NCBI GenBank assembly: GCA_051530055.1
Contig: CM121341.1
Span: 3,338,151 to 3,402,150 of the forward strand
Direction: 5' to 3'
DNA: 64,000 nucleotides
From: Neoechinorhynchus agilis
Lineage: Eukaryota > Animalia > Acanthocephala
A program made the translations under genes and the position numbers. Each line of letters starts with the position of its first letter. The first letter of the stretch is position 1. Shown piece after piece: positions 1 to 13,200 of the stretch. The notes under the pieces were generated by a model that was not told the origin of the DNA, did no database searches, and was given only the letters and a program-made list of their open reading frames with translations.

Positions 1-106
1 TTTCCCCACCGCCACATATTTTTAAACAGTCTAGAGTTGATGTGCAAAGTCGTTTTCATAATTTAAATGGGGTGTTCACTTTCAAATAATAATTTAAATT
101 TTTTAA

Positions 107-455
107 GAATGTGGCGGGAGAGCAAATGCCTTCGCTGGGACCTCGCACAACATTCCCTACTCTCTCGAAATCGCCGGCGGTGCCGCCAGTGCAGCGGAAG
201 GGAGGAAAATACGGAAATATCTTCACTTATCGAGGGCTCACTATTTTGTCCCCTTCGGAGTAGAGACGTTTGGAACGCTTGGCAGCTAGGCACTCTGCTC
301 CAGGATCTCTCGAAGAAATTGAAAGAAACGACCGGCGACGCACGAGCAGGTGTATTCCTGCGACAAAATATCTCGCTTGCAGTACAACGATTCAATGCTG
401 CCAGCGTGATGACGACAGCCGAGGAAGGAGGGAAGCTCCAATTTTGCGGACGGTG
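107..455 (+). mobile_element. 3' fragment of a CRE-clade non-LTR retrotransposon (restriction-like endonuclease C-terminus), decayed
   Basis: High nucleotide similarity to the reverse complement of 23237-23600; encodes ...FLRQNISLAVQRFNAASVMTT; frameshifted. Confidence 0.8.
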
Positions 456-858
456 GTGATTGCACGTTTTTTTACTTTATTATTGTAAGAAAAGTTAGTT
501 AAAAAAAGAATTAGTGACCGATTTCTAACAGATTTATTGGCTTTTAAAACCTTCTTTCGAAAAATCAACGCAAAGTGGAAGGAAAGAAATGTTCCCACGT
601 TGCATTTTCTCTACAATAAAGATTGTTTGAAGAATAGAAATCGTTTTAGTAAAAGCTGTTTTTTAGGAAACGAACAACAGCAAAAGGTTGAATTTAAGAG
701 CTTAGAAGTGTTAAATTAGGATGAAAAAGATATTAACCCCGGAATCAACCGTAATTAAAGACTAAAATAGTTCATTCGGTCGATAGAATCGAAAATTAAT
801 ATTTGAACGTCTTAGAATTATCAGCATATTTACGGATCCAATGAGAGTTTTTCTTTAG

Positions 859-1721
859 ATGGCGATTCGTCACAAATGTAACCAATGTAATCGATTATTT
901 TTGCGTCCTAAAAAACTTGCTGATCACGTAAAGATAATCCACAACAAAGAACAAATCCATCGATGTGTTGAGTGTGGAAAACCGTTCACTACTTGCTACC
1001 ATCTTCGTCGCCACAATGAAAACGTCCATAAAAAGAGCCAAGTTTCACAAGTTGCAATCGAGTGTCCGCAGTGTAACAAAGTTTACTCTTCATCGAGTGC
1101 TTTGAACAAGCACTTGAACAATGTATGTTCAAAATACAAATGCAATGAAGATCCATTCTGTAATGAGTCTTTCTCAAAAAAGACTCAACTGAAGAAACAT
1201 CTTGAGCTTGTCCATAACATAAGTCCGGATCTTCTCCACCGATGCCAAGAATGCGGAAAACGTTTCCCGTATCTCAGTAAGCTTAAAAGACACGAGAAAG
1301 TAAACTAAGGTTTATTTCGCCCAAGATCTTGATGGCGGAATAAATCTTGGGTTTTGTTGTCCACAACGGGTACGTTTGTGACCATTGTAACTGTGTTTTC
1401 CCATGTTTTTCACAACTGAGGGATCATCGATCGGATCAACATAAACGGTACAAATGCCGTTTTTGTCAAAAGTCCTCATTTGAAGATGCAATTGACCTTG
1501 CCAATCACATTAAGCACGAATGCGAATCGCGACCGAGGTTTACTTGTGAACTATGCAATCGAGTGTTTCGCTATAAGCGAAATCTGAAATCTCACATACG
1601 AGCGAATCACTCTGAGATTGAATTTCTCTGTTCGGCTTGTTCAGGAAAATTTAGATATGCTTCCACTTTGAAGCGCCATAAGCAGAAACATTGCCCTTGT
1701 CAAAGAATGAAAGATCCTTGA
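859..1721 (+). CDS. GTF3A: Transcription factor IIIA-like C2H2 zinc-finger protein, 9 fingers; model join(859..1299,1359..1721)
   Basis: Five fingers in ORF 859-1308 and four in ORF 1347-1721. Joining gives LKRHEKVHNGYVC, the short finger 5-6 linker typical of TFIIIA. The junction is non-canonical (see findings). Confidence 0.8.
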
Positions 1722-1857
1722 TTGATCTCTGATGATGGGACGAAAAATAGTTAATTAGTAAGACAGAAGGTTTCCGTGGTTGAAACAAATGTTGGTTTTT
1801 GATCAATATTTCGGAGTTTTACTCCTTCTTCAGGGTCCAATGAAGCACACGCAAGTA

Positions 1858-2437
1858 ATAATCGACAGAGAAAATCCTCTAGGGCAAATCAAAGTATACT
1901 TTTGGTGAAAATAATCCCTTGGCGTGGCATATATTTGATTTATTTGAGATATTTCGCGAGGTAACCTCGCCTCATCAGTCATCTAAAAATTTGTTTTTCA
2001 TCTTAAGTTTTTAAGCTCGAGTGCGCGATATCGCCTAACCCGAAGGTCGGGGACCACTCATCCGCTCGAACCACGTTTTTTCCATGATTTTAGTATTGAT
2101 TTTTAACACGTCGCTGGTTAGAAGTTTCAAGCTAAAATTAGCTTTATTTCCTTCCATTGTGTTGGACACAGCGATGTGTGAGGCCTCCAAAACAAGACGT
2201 CTTTTTATGTTTTGTTCTTTTTCTAGAAAGTGGCACCAAAATCCGCTCGATGCTCACATGTCTCTCGATGATTAGAGATTGCCGATGAATGGTCAAATCG
2301 ATTGCAAGCTTCCTTATGCTGGGCGACCCTCTTCTCGATGCCACCCATTTTAGATGACTGATAAGGCGAGGTCACCACGCGAAATATTTCCGGTAAATCA
2401 AATTTGCGATGACCTGGATTAATTTAACCAAAAGTAT
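1858..2437. mobile_element. Non-autonomous foldback element with asymmetric ends (Helentron/HINE-like family)
   Basis: Imperfect inverted arms at about 1896-1990 and 2345-2437, plus a one-sided cap with the small hairpin AGAG-AAAATC-CTCT (1867-1880); related copies elsewhere in the window. Confidence 0.6.
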
Positions 2438-3036
2438 GCATACACAACTGTTTGCAAGTGTTCACGGCGTGAGTAAAACTCCGAAATATCGGTCCAAATC
2501 TAAAACATTTGTTTCAACCGTGGAAATTTCTCAATTAAACAACAATTTAAACGACAACATGCGGTTGAGAAATCAGTCGACAATCCACCAAATAAGACAG
2601 AAGGAATACCCAAATGTCGCGCGAAGTATCGTAAAATTGACTTTTTGTTCAAATACTGCCGTTTCCGGCAATAGATTGAAGTTTCAAATAAGAGTCCGAG
2701 GCTCGTATTGTAAAAATGAACTTTAAATGACGACAAGAATTGAATTGAGTTGAATTATTTGACCGACAATTATTCACTATAATGTCGATTATAAATATTT
2801 AATTAAAAACGTTTTATTTCAAGTCTTTTTTTACACTAAACAATATTCCAATTTTGCATTACTTAATCCAACTGAAAGTAATCTCGATTTTATGGAAAGA
2901 AGCAGGTTTCAGAAAAGAGTCGTCGTCTTATTGCTCAAAGGAATGCGAATTGAGAACAAATCGTTTATGCTATCAGAATATTTTGTTTTAAAGTAAAAAA
3001 ATTTACACCACTGATGGGAACGAAGGAATATCTTTA

Positions 3037-3170
3037 TTCATCGACAGAGGAAATCCTTTTGGGTTAATCAAAGTGTATACTTTTGGTGAAAATAATCCCC
3101 CGGTCATAACCCATTTGATTTATTGGAGATATTTCGAACGAAGTAACCTCACCTCATCAGTCACTCGAAA
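3037..3170. mobile_element. Partial copy (cap plus one arm) of the same Helentron-like family
   Basis: Similar to 1858-1990 (tcatcgacagaggaaatcc...gtatacttttggtgaaaataatcc...aacctcacctcatcagtca). Confidence 0.6.
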
Positions 3171-3478
3171 AAGTGGTTTTATAAATTAAGGCTATATTGC
3201 TCGAGTGCGCGGGATCGCCACTCGAACCCTCTGCGCCGTGTTCCATTTCTAGGTCCAACGGTACAAATTTTCTCAATGACGAGAGAGAGGTTATAAAAGG
3301 TGTAGAGCGAGACAAATCGAGGCATTTGGCAGGCTCATGGAACTGAAAGGTACAATTTGCTCTTTCCCACGGAACTTCCCTACATATCGAATTTTAATTT
3401 AAGCAATCAACAAACACGACTTCCTGACTAAAATATTGCATTTATTATTCCGCAATACATCGTTAATTTATAACCAAT

Positions 3479-4344
3479 TTAATGTTCATCGAAAGTATTT
3501 CCTGGACAATTGTTAGCCAAATCATCGTTATTATTGAATCTAACTGAACACCAAATACAATAATAATAATTCTGCCTGAGATAAGATGTAATCCTTTGCA
3601 AAATATCATCGTTATCAACTTCGTCAGTTTCACGTTCTTCGATTTGATCTTGAGGCCAGAAGAGTGGATCCACAGGTTCAGAAATCTTTTTAGCTGTCAA
3701 AAAAAGGCAAATAGAAACGAAAAAAAATTACCTGCTCCTCCAGATCCAACGTTTGGCACATTCGCCTACTTTTAGCCAAATCAATTGCGATTCGTTTCGC
3801 TATAAACTCATTTTGCTTTCTTTCAACAAATGATCTTCTGTCTTCAAGAAAATCCTTCTCCTCTTTAAGACCGTCTTTCAATGGAACTTTAGGAACGCGC
3901 CCCAAACCGCTTCTGGATTCCTTCAATTCCGGTTTAATTGGCTCAATAATTCCTACATTCTAGGGTTAAATTCTGTTTATTCAAAAGCACACAAAACCTT
4001 TTGTTGTTTTTCCTAGAGGCAATCCGTCTTTATATCCCATTTTCCTCATCATCTCATATCCACGATTAGTTTTCTCAATCTTAATATCTAATCCACGTTT
4101 CAATGTCTCACGTTGGATTTCTTCAATCGGTCGATTCTGCTTATTGACATCAGCTTGTTTCTTAAACCAATGATGGATAATAAGCGACTTGTCCACCATT
4201 TGTACGAGCCTTTTGATCTCTTAGATGACTGCGGGTATTCACCAAACCAGCACTGGAATTTTGAACTGTTCTGACAAACGAATCCGACATGTAATCGTTA
4301 TCTTCGGACTCCGAATGACTACATCTTTTAGAAGAAACGCACAT
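3479..4344 (-). CDS. GPATCH11: G-patch domain-containing protein 11 (CCDC75), 4 exons
   Basis: N-terminal DYMSDSF motif; G-patch NRGYEMMRKMGYKDGLPLGKTTKGIIEPI; C-terminal DUF4187-like YLRQNYYYCIWCSVRF..CPG; short GT-AG introns. Confidence 0.9.
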
Positions 4345-4449
4345 TCTGAAATTTTTCGAAGCCAAATTTGGTTTCAATTTACCCACACGCAAACCGCAAT
4401 CTTAAACTTTAAATATGACCTCGAGGCCAATGCAAACGCGCTTTTCATC

Positions 4450-7400
4450 TTTCCGAGATCCCCGAGATCTTTTTCCTTCGTTCAAAGCAGTTTAAAATGA
4501 GATGCAACGTCATAATCAATAAAAGAGTTCTTCCGCGTTTATACGAACGTTTATCGTACCGAATTGCGTACTTCGCATTGGCAGCAAAGCTCTTTACGTT
4601 TAGAACTTTTCAGGGCGGAGATTCTGCGGATGGGTTTTAGCATTTGAAGAAGCGGAAATGCTTCCTTTGGGCTTTCTGAGTGTATCAGTGACGTAATAAT
4701 TATACGCGACTAATTCTTCGTCGCCATAATTCAGCCGCTTACTAATCCGCTCGCGCGTACTCATTCACGCATACCGTTATTTTCAAGTTTAATAAAACTG
4801 TTTTTGTCCACGACAATCAGGATGAAAACTTGAATTTAGAGAGGCTTTTTCGACTTTTAATGTGCAATCGCATCGCACTCGTCTTTGCGAGATCCCTGAG
4901 ATCTTTTTCCTTCGTTCAAAGCAGTTTAAAATGAGATGCAACGTCATAATCAATAAAAGAGTTCTTCCGCGTTTATACGAACGTTTATCGTACCGAATTG
5001 CGTACTTCGCATTGGCAGCAACGCTCCTTACGTTTAGAACTTTTGAGGGCGGAGATTCTGCGGATGGGTTTTGTAATTTGAAGAAGCGGAAATCTTTCCC
5101 TTGGGCTTTCTGAGTGTATCAGTGAAGTAATAATTATACGCGACTAATTCTTCGTCGCCATAATTCAGCCGCTTACTAATCCGCTCGCGCGTACTCATTC
5201 ACGCATACCGTTATTTTCAAGTTGAATAAAACTGTTTGTGTCCACGACAATCAGGATGAAAACTTGAATTTAGAGAGGCTTTTTCGACTTTTAATGTGCA
5301 ATCGCATCGCACTCGTCTTTGCGAGATCCCAGAGATCTTTTTCCTTCGTTCAAAGCAGTTTAAAATGAGATGCAACGTCATAATCAATAAAAGAGTTCTT
5401 CCGCGTTTATACGAACGTTTATCGTACCGAATTGCGTACTTCGCATTGGCAGCAACGCTCTTTACGTTTAGAACTTTTCAGGGCGGAGATTCTGCGGATG
5501 GGTTTTATAATTTGAAGAAGCGGAAATGTTTCCTTTGGGCTTTCCTAGTTCATCAGTGACGTAATAATTATACGCGACTAATTCTTCGTCGCCATAATTC
5601 AGCCGCTTACTAATCCGCTCGCGCGTACTCATTCACGCATACCGTTATTTTCAAGTTGAATAAAACTGTTTGTGTCCACGACAATCAGGATGAAACTTGC
5701 ATTTTAGAGAGGCTTTTTCGGCTATTAATGTGCAATCGCATCGCACTCGTCTTTGCGAGATCCCTGAGATCTTTTTCCTTCGTTCAAAGCAGTTTAAAAT
5801 GAGATGCAACGTCGTAATCAATAAAAAAGTTCTGCGTTTTTACGAACGTTTATCGTACCGAATTGCGTACTTCGCATTGGCAGCAACGCTCTTTACGTTT
5901 AGAACTTTTCAGGGCGGAGATTCTGCGGATGGGTTTTATAGTTTGAAGAAGCGGAAATGTTTCCTTTGGGCTTTCCGAGTGCATCAGTGACGTAATAATT
6001 ATACGCGACTAATTCTTCGTCGCCATAATTCAGCCGCTTACTAATCCGCTCGCGCGGACTCATTCACGCATACCGTTATTTTTCAGGTTTAATAAAACTG
6101 TTTGTGTGCACCACAATCAGGATGAAACTTGCATTTAGAGAGGCTTTTTCGGCTATTAATGTGCAATCGCATCGCACTCGTCTTTGCGAGATCCCTGAGA
6201 TCTTTTTCCTTCGTTCAAAGCAGTTTAAAATGAGATGCAACGTCATAATCAATAAAAGAGTTCTTCCGCGTTTATACGAACGTTTATCGTACCGAATTGC
6301 GTACTTCGCATTGGCAGCAACGCTCTTTACGTTTAGAACTTTTCAGGGCGGAGATTCTGCGGATGGGTTTTAGCATTTGAAGAAGCGGAAATGTTTCCTT
6401 TGGGCTTTCTGAGTGTATCAGTGACGTAATAATTATACGCGACTAATTCTTCGTCGCCATAATTAGCCGCTTACTAATCCGCTCGCACGTACGCATTCAC
6501 GCATACCGTTATTTTCAATTGAATAAAACTGTTTGTGTCCACACAATCAGGATGAAACTTGCATTTTAGAGGCTTTTTCGACTATTAATGTGCAATCGCA
6601 TCGCACTCGTCTTTGCGGATCCCTGAGATCTTTTTCCTTCGTTCAAAGCAGTTTAAAATGAGATGCAACGTCGTAATCAATAAAAGATTCCGCGTTTTTA
6701 CGAACGTTTATCGTACCGAATTGCGTACTTCGCATTGGCAGCAACGCTCTTTACGTTTAGAACTTTTCAGGGCGGAGATTCTGCGGATGGGTTTTATAAT
6801 TTGAAGAAGCGGAAATGTTTCCTTTGGGCTTTCCTGGTGCATCAGTGACGTAATAATTATACGCGACTAATTCTTCGTCGCCATAATTCAGCCGCTTACT
6901 AATCCGCTCGCGCGTACTCATTCACGCATACCGTTTTTTTCAAGTTGAATAAAACTGTTTGTGTCCACGACAATCAGGATGAAAACTTGCATTTTAGAGA
7001 GGTTTTTCGGCTATTAATGTGCAATCGCATCGCACTCGTCTTTGCGAGATCCCTGAGATCTTTTTCCTTCGTTCAAAGCAGTTTAAAATGAGATGCAACG
7101 TCATAATCAATAAAAGAGTTCTTCCGCGTTTTTACGAACGTTTATCGTACCGAATTGCGTACTTCGCATTGGCAGCAACGCTCTTTACGTTTAGAACTTT
7201 TCAGGGCGGAGATTCTGCGGATGGGTTTTATAATTTGAAGAAGCGGAAATGTTTCCTTTGGGCTTTCCTGGTGCATCAGTGACGTAATAATTATACGCGA
7301 CTAATTCTTCGTCGCCATAATTCAGCCGCTTACTAATCCGCTCGCGCGTACGCATTCACGCATACCGTTATTTTCAAGTTGAATAAAACTGTTTGTGTCC

Positions 7401-8546
7401 ACGACAATCAGGATGAAAACTTGCATTTTAGAGAGGCTTTTTCGGCTATTAATGTGCAATCGCATCGCACTCGTCTTTGCGAGATCCCTGAGATCTTTTT
7501 CCTTCGTTCAAAGCAGTTTAAAATGAGATGCAACGTCATAATCAATAAAAGAGTTCTTCCGCGTTTATACGAACGTTTATCGTACCGAATTGCGTACTTC
7601 GCATTGGCAGCAACGCTCTTTACGTTTAGAACTTTTCAGGGCGGAGATTCTGCGGATGGGTTTTATAATTTGAAGAAGCGGAAATGTTTCCTTTGGGCTT
7701 TCCTAGTTCATCAGTGACGTAATAATTATACGCGACTAATTCTTCGTCGCCATAATTCAGCCGCTTACTAATCCGCTCGCGCGTACGCATTCACGCATAC
7801 CGTTATTTTCAAGTTGAATAAAACTGTTTGTGTCCACGACAATCAGGATGAAAACTTGCATTTAGAGAGGCTTTTTCGGCTATTAATGTGCAATCGCATC
7901 GCACTCGTCTTTGCGAGATCCCTGAGATCTTTTTCCTTCGTTCAAAGCAGTTTAAAATGAGATGCAACGTCATAATCAATAAAAGAGTTCTTCCGCGTTT
8001 TTACGAACGTTTATCGTACCGAATTGCGTACTTCGCATTGGCAGCAACGCTCTTTACGTTTAGAACTTTTCAGGGCGGAGATTCTGCGAATGGGTTTTAG
8101 CATTTGAAGAAGCGGAAATGTTTCCTTTGGGCTTTCCTAGTTCATCAGTGACGTAATAATTATACGCGACTAATTCTTCGTCGCCATAATTCAGCCGCTT
8201 ACTAATCCGCTCGCGCGTACTCATTCACGCATACCGTTATTTTCAAGTTGAATAAAACTGTTTGTGTCCACGACAATCAGGATGAAAACTTGCATTTAGA
8301 GAGGCTTTTTCGGCTATTAATGTGCGATCGCATCGCACTCGTCTTTGCGAGATCCCTGAGATCTTTTTCCTTCGTCCAAAGCAGTTTAAAATGAGATGCA
8401 ACGTCATAATCAATAAAAGAGTTCTTCCGCGTTTATACGAACGTTTATCGTACCGAATTGCGTAATTCGCATTGGCAGCAACGCTCTTTACGTTTAGATC
8501 TATTCAGAGCGGAGATTCTGCGGATGGGATTTATAGTTTGAAGAAG
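4450..8546. repeat. Tandem array with a unit of about 434 bp, about 9.4 copies
   Basis: Unit start tgtgcaatcgcatcgcactc recurs at about 4861, 5295, 5729, 6160, 6588, 7018, 7453, 7887 and 8321; copies are highly similar. Confidence 0.97.
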
Positions 8547-9472
8547 TGGGGCTTTAAATCCGTCGTTTATCTTTGCTAAATCGCTTTTTATTTGTTCTGG
8601 ATCATTTCCAGTCAAAGTTTCTTTAAAATCCAATTAAATGCCAATCTATTTATTTGAACTATCGATGTATTCATTCATCGGAACTAATTGATATCTGTCG
8701 TTTTCAGATTTAGCTCTAATTGTGTTCCATTTTCATTTGCCTGCTAATGGAATTATCCCTGCATTTCCCAAACGTAAAAGAAAATCCATTATTTGCTCTA
8801 TACCCAATTATTTATAGAGAAAAGGCGTGTTTATTAGTGGTAGATTTTTCTTAATCTTTTTAAATTGCACTGGATTCCGAAGCTCTTGCGTTTACTTTCA
8901 TCCCCTTTAGCTCTCTACAAGTTTTTATATGTGGAATGGTTTTAAGAAAATGGGAACGGTTGTTTCGAAGAAAAAGCATACGATCCAATGTGTTCTTAAT
9001 CCTTACGGAAAACATGAGCGTCGACGGTCCATGCTGATTCTTTTTTTCAATGAGGTCGACCTTAGCTTGAACGGCGCTAAGCATAGATCCTTGATTTCTT
9101 CTCTCTTAATCTTCATAAACCGCATTCAGAAAAGTCTGCACTAAGATTCAGTCTTTTTATATCGCAACGAAAAGGCGAATGCTTCATAAAACGAATGATT
9201 TTTTCAAACCTTTGATTTCAATTTTTTATTCGCTTTCTGTGATCTTTGAGACTATCTTGTCAAGAAATTGGCTATTTCTATACAAGTTTATTTCCTTGCA
9301 AGTTGAACCACATACACTTAAATATCCGTATAAAATTAAAAAATTCTTAATGATGATAGGTTCTAGGTATTCTTTTTGCCATAGATAATAAGTTTTTTCT
9401 CAGGAGTCATTTTTTATTCGAGTATAAGTTTCCGCGAAATCTTAGCTTCTCTCATTCCTCTCGTTTCTCTCA

Positions 9473-9650
9473 ATTTCTTCGAGAGATCCTGGAGCAGAGT
9501 GCCGAGCTGCCAAGCGCTCCATTCGTCTCTATTCCGAAGGGGACAAAATAGTGGGTCCTTGCTAATTCTCTATATTTTCGTACTTTCCTCCCTTCCGCTG
9601 CACCTCCAGCGATTTCGAGAGAGTACCGAATGTTGCTTACTGCGAGCTCA
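9473..9650 (-). mobile_element. CRE-clade retrotransposon 3' fragment
   Basis: Near-identical to 23400-23590 (LEIAGGAAEGRKVRKYRELARTHYFVPFGIET). Confidence 0.8.
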
Positions 9651-10256
9651 CAAATTGTCGTTTTTGGGAGTTTTTTTAAATTTATGACAATTAAATGGCT
9701 TTTTAAAGGAAACCAATACTTCGTAGAAAGAGAGATATTTCTCCCGGTCACTAGGTTTTCTAAGACACTCTACCAAGAAGCTGACCATGGGGCTTTCGAG
9801 TAACTAATATTTTTCCCGTGTATTTACAAATTTTTGTATGATTTATCCATTAAAATTCTATAACCTCGCCACCACATACATTTCGATCGTGAGTGTTCAA
9901 TATTGATAAACTTTGATTGATCTATCCGTCAAATCTAAGTGCACAATCATTGAAACCAAATTAAAAGTACGGTAATTCTTTTTCTCTATACAAAAAGAGT
10001 TCGAGAAACATTCCCGTCACCGGTTTGGATCTTTTAGCTCTATTAATAAAGAGATTTAATAATTTTCTTTCATTTGAACTTGGAGGCAATCAACATTCAT
10101 TAAATTTATTTTGTGATTTCACTCACAAGGGACAAAAGTGGATTGTTATAATTTAGAGTTATCGAAATTGAGCACTGCGAAAATCATTCGGTTTCTAAGA
10201 TTTTATTTGGTTAATATGGTGCTTAATTTTTGAACTATAGTTGGTGATTATTTTAG

Positions 10257-13200
10257 AGAAAATCCTTTTTGATTGACCTTCACGAAATGACGAACCCGTA
10301 CGATTCAAATGAGCTACAAGAAGCATGTAACGTGATTTCGGATTCCCTTTTACATCGTGCGATTACTCATTTGGCTTCAAAAACCCCATATTCCGAATTG
10401 GACGAGGACATTAAGCGGATTGAAGATTTCGTTGCTCTTTTTGACGATAGTCTACTGATTCGCTGTGAAGCGCGTGCATTCGCATTCGATTGGTGTTTGA
10501 GTCAACTGCGACAAATCGGCTTTGAGCTGATGAAAAAATCGACTCGTATGATGTACAAAGACGTATTTCGAAGCTTCTCCGAGTATCGCCCAACAGAACT
10601 TCTTTTAAATCTCATCTACAAATGCCTTCGTGTAATCGATGATAATTGCTCATGCGAGGACGACCATATTGATTGTATAGTTGGTCAATTAATGCACAAA
10701 ATCCCAATACTGTACGAGGGTTTAAACTTTCCCATTATTGCGATTTTCTGATTGATTGGATGACTACGTAACCGGAAAGCTATTTGCTGTCAATTTGATC
10801 GAAAGTGCTTTCGAAACACTCACCGGATTTCCAGTTCATGTTTTCCTGTGTATTCTCGCTCAATTCGAAACCACGCCGTCGTGGCAATTCCGTCGGCAAT
10901 CAAGATGGCGGGTTGTAAGTGACCGATTTATCCATAAAAGGGATCGGTCTTTGGAAGTACATCGTGCCATTCGACATCTTTGGATGTCTCTTCCATCTGA
11001 ACGTTCTGTGCCATTTCTAACTCGACTTTGTGCTGTTTCTAAAGAAATCCATAATTGGGTTGCAGAACGTCTCTCACACAAATCTGATCTCTCTTGTCTT
11101 CAAGAAGTGATCGATAGAATTGACTTTGAAGCTGAACGTCTAAACGTATCAACCCCGGTTCATTCAATGCTGCTGGAAACCAGACAGTCTCCTAACATTG
11201 TTCGAAATCTTCTTAAACTTGCTCGTCATACAGGTAAAAGTAATGAATCTCGAAGTACAAAGATTAAAAATATTCTACGGAACTTGATTACGACTTGTCG
11301 AACGGCTTTACCGGATTCAGAACTGAAGCGATCAGCTTTTATCGAACGATTTCTTAAAGAGGAACTTTTGAACAAATTGGCTGATGAGTGGTACATTCGA
11401 CATCCTCAGTCTCAGGCGTTCGCTGAACAACTTATCCTTTGCGTATTGCTCGGTTGTGATAATAAGGAAGAGGTTCTGAAAATACTCGTTCTCTTTATCA
11501 TGAATTCGCGTCTCGCATACGTCATCAATGATTCAATTGGTTTTTGAACTTTAATTTAATTTTTTTTAAACTGAACGGAAAGGCGTTCAATGGCACCTCA
11601 AATTTAATGCGTCAAAATTTACGATTTTAGAAATTTTTTGAAGTCTGGCTATCCGGTAACTTTTATTGTGTTTTTAAGTGTGGCGATCGGTGGGCTGTGT
11701 GCCCAAGGAAAAATTATCAGCCGTTTTCTTTTGACCCTAAAAAAAGGCTTAAATTTTTTGCCGAAATTTTATTTCAATAGCACCTCAAATTTAATGCGTC
11801 AAAATATACGATTTTAGTAAAAAAATTTAAAGTCTGGCTATCCAGTAACTTTTATTGTGTTTTTTAGTGTGGCGATCGGTGGGCTGTGTGCCAAAGGAAA
11901 AATTATCAGCCGTTTTCTTTTGACCCTAAAAAAGTCTTAAATTTTTTGTCGAAATTTTATTTATATTTTAAATGAGGATTTCGGAGTAGTTGACGATAAT
12001 TGGAGGCCATTTGCAATGTAGACCGAATTACGTTTAAAAAGTTTTTAATCTGACTTTTCTTTAATGTTTTTTCTCTCGGTTCAACAAAACAATTGGACAT
12101 GAATAAGATAATCAATACGTAATTCGGACTAAATGTCTAATCCGCTTCTGTGACAATAAAATCAAATCTTTTAAAATTCCTTCCGACGATGACGTTTGCT
12201 ATACGGCTCTACTAAAATCAATATTGCCGGAAATAATAGCATTTTACCCGAGCATTCACGAAGATTTCATCGACCAAAGTATTGATGCTCTTGATTGTCA
12301 GACAACAACTGAATACCAACTACTTGAACGGATCATTGACGTATTCTCTTTTAATGATCATCTATCTTACCTCCTCAAATCAATATCAGTTCATTTACTA
12401 AAAAAACATCTAGAATTCCTCAAGCTTTCAACGCTAACCTCCTATAACACGGATCTACTTTTAAAAATCATTCGGCCATTTTGTACATGCCCGAACCACA
12501 AATTAACTGTTCAGATGTCGTTTACGATCGCTGCGATTTGTTCTCACATATTTGCAACAACAAATTCAAACGATTTAAAACGAACACGGTCGACATTCGA
12601 CTTGTTAATCTTAACATCATCCGAACCGAATTCATTGGTTTATTCATTCTTCGTCCATCTCCTATTGGATTATGTGTTTTGGAACGGGGTTTTCGATCAA
12701 TACCAACCGAGAGAACAAAGCGCATTTGAAATGAATAATCGAATCACTAGCGAAACTTTACTACGAAAGCATAGTACCATTTTAAGCCTCGATCTGAACC
12801 GTCGTATGTTCTTCAAATTCATCCTCACTCGTCTATGTAACTGTTCTCTTGGTCCTGACGATGACGAAGATCATTCATATCCACGATTCACTTACTTAAG
12901 CAACGCAATGCTCCTACGATTCTTCAAATCCCCAGCAGATCACGAGTTCTCATTTGAATCAACAAGTCTTTTTATTCTCCCAAAAATCCGATGCTCCCAA
13001 GATCCAAACATGTTAGAAGTGACAAGTGATCGCAATATGAATGGTCTCGTGGAAAGTGAACTCGAACCTGATCTAGCTTTAAAATCAGCCCGAAAAAAAG
13101 CAGTGAAATTTTTGACGAGACTTAATGAAATCCCAATTGTACTTGACGTGGTCTCAATCGCTCTCGTGTATCCTCAATCAATTGACGATTGCTTCACTGG

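Noticed and set aside
4862-8100. Repeated 70-112 aa plus-strand ORFs (QSHRTRLCEIP...)
   Set aside because: They start at GTG, have no recognisable domain, and recur only because the tandem units are nearly identical
4450-8546. Array as 5S rDNA (given nearby TFIIIA) or a CRISPR-like array
   Set aside because: No 5S consensus or internal A/C boxes recognised; units are fully repeated with no unique spacers; eukaryotic context with no cas genes
8550-9470. Decayed minus-strand reading frame next to the 434-bp array
   Set aside because: Multiple stops and no recognisable motif; cannot be assigned
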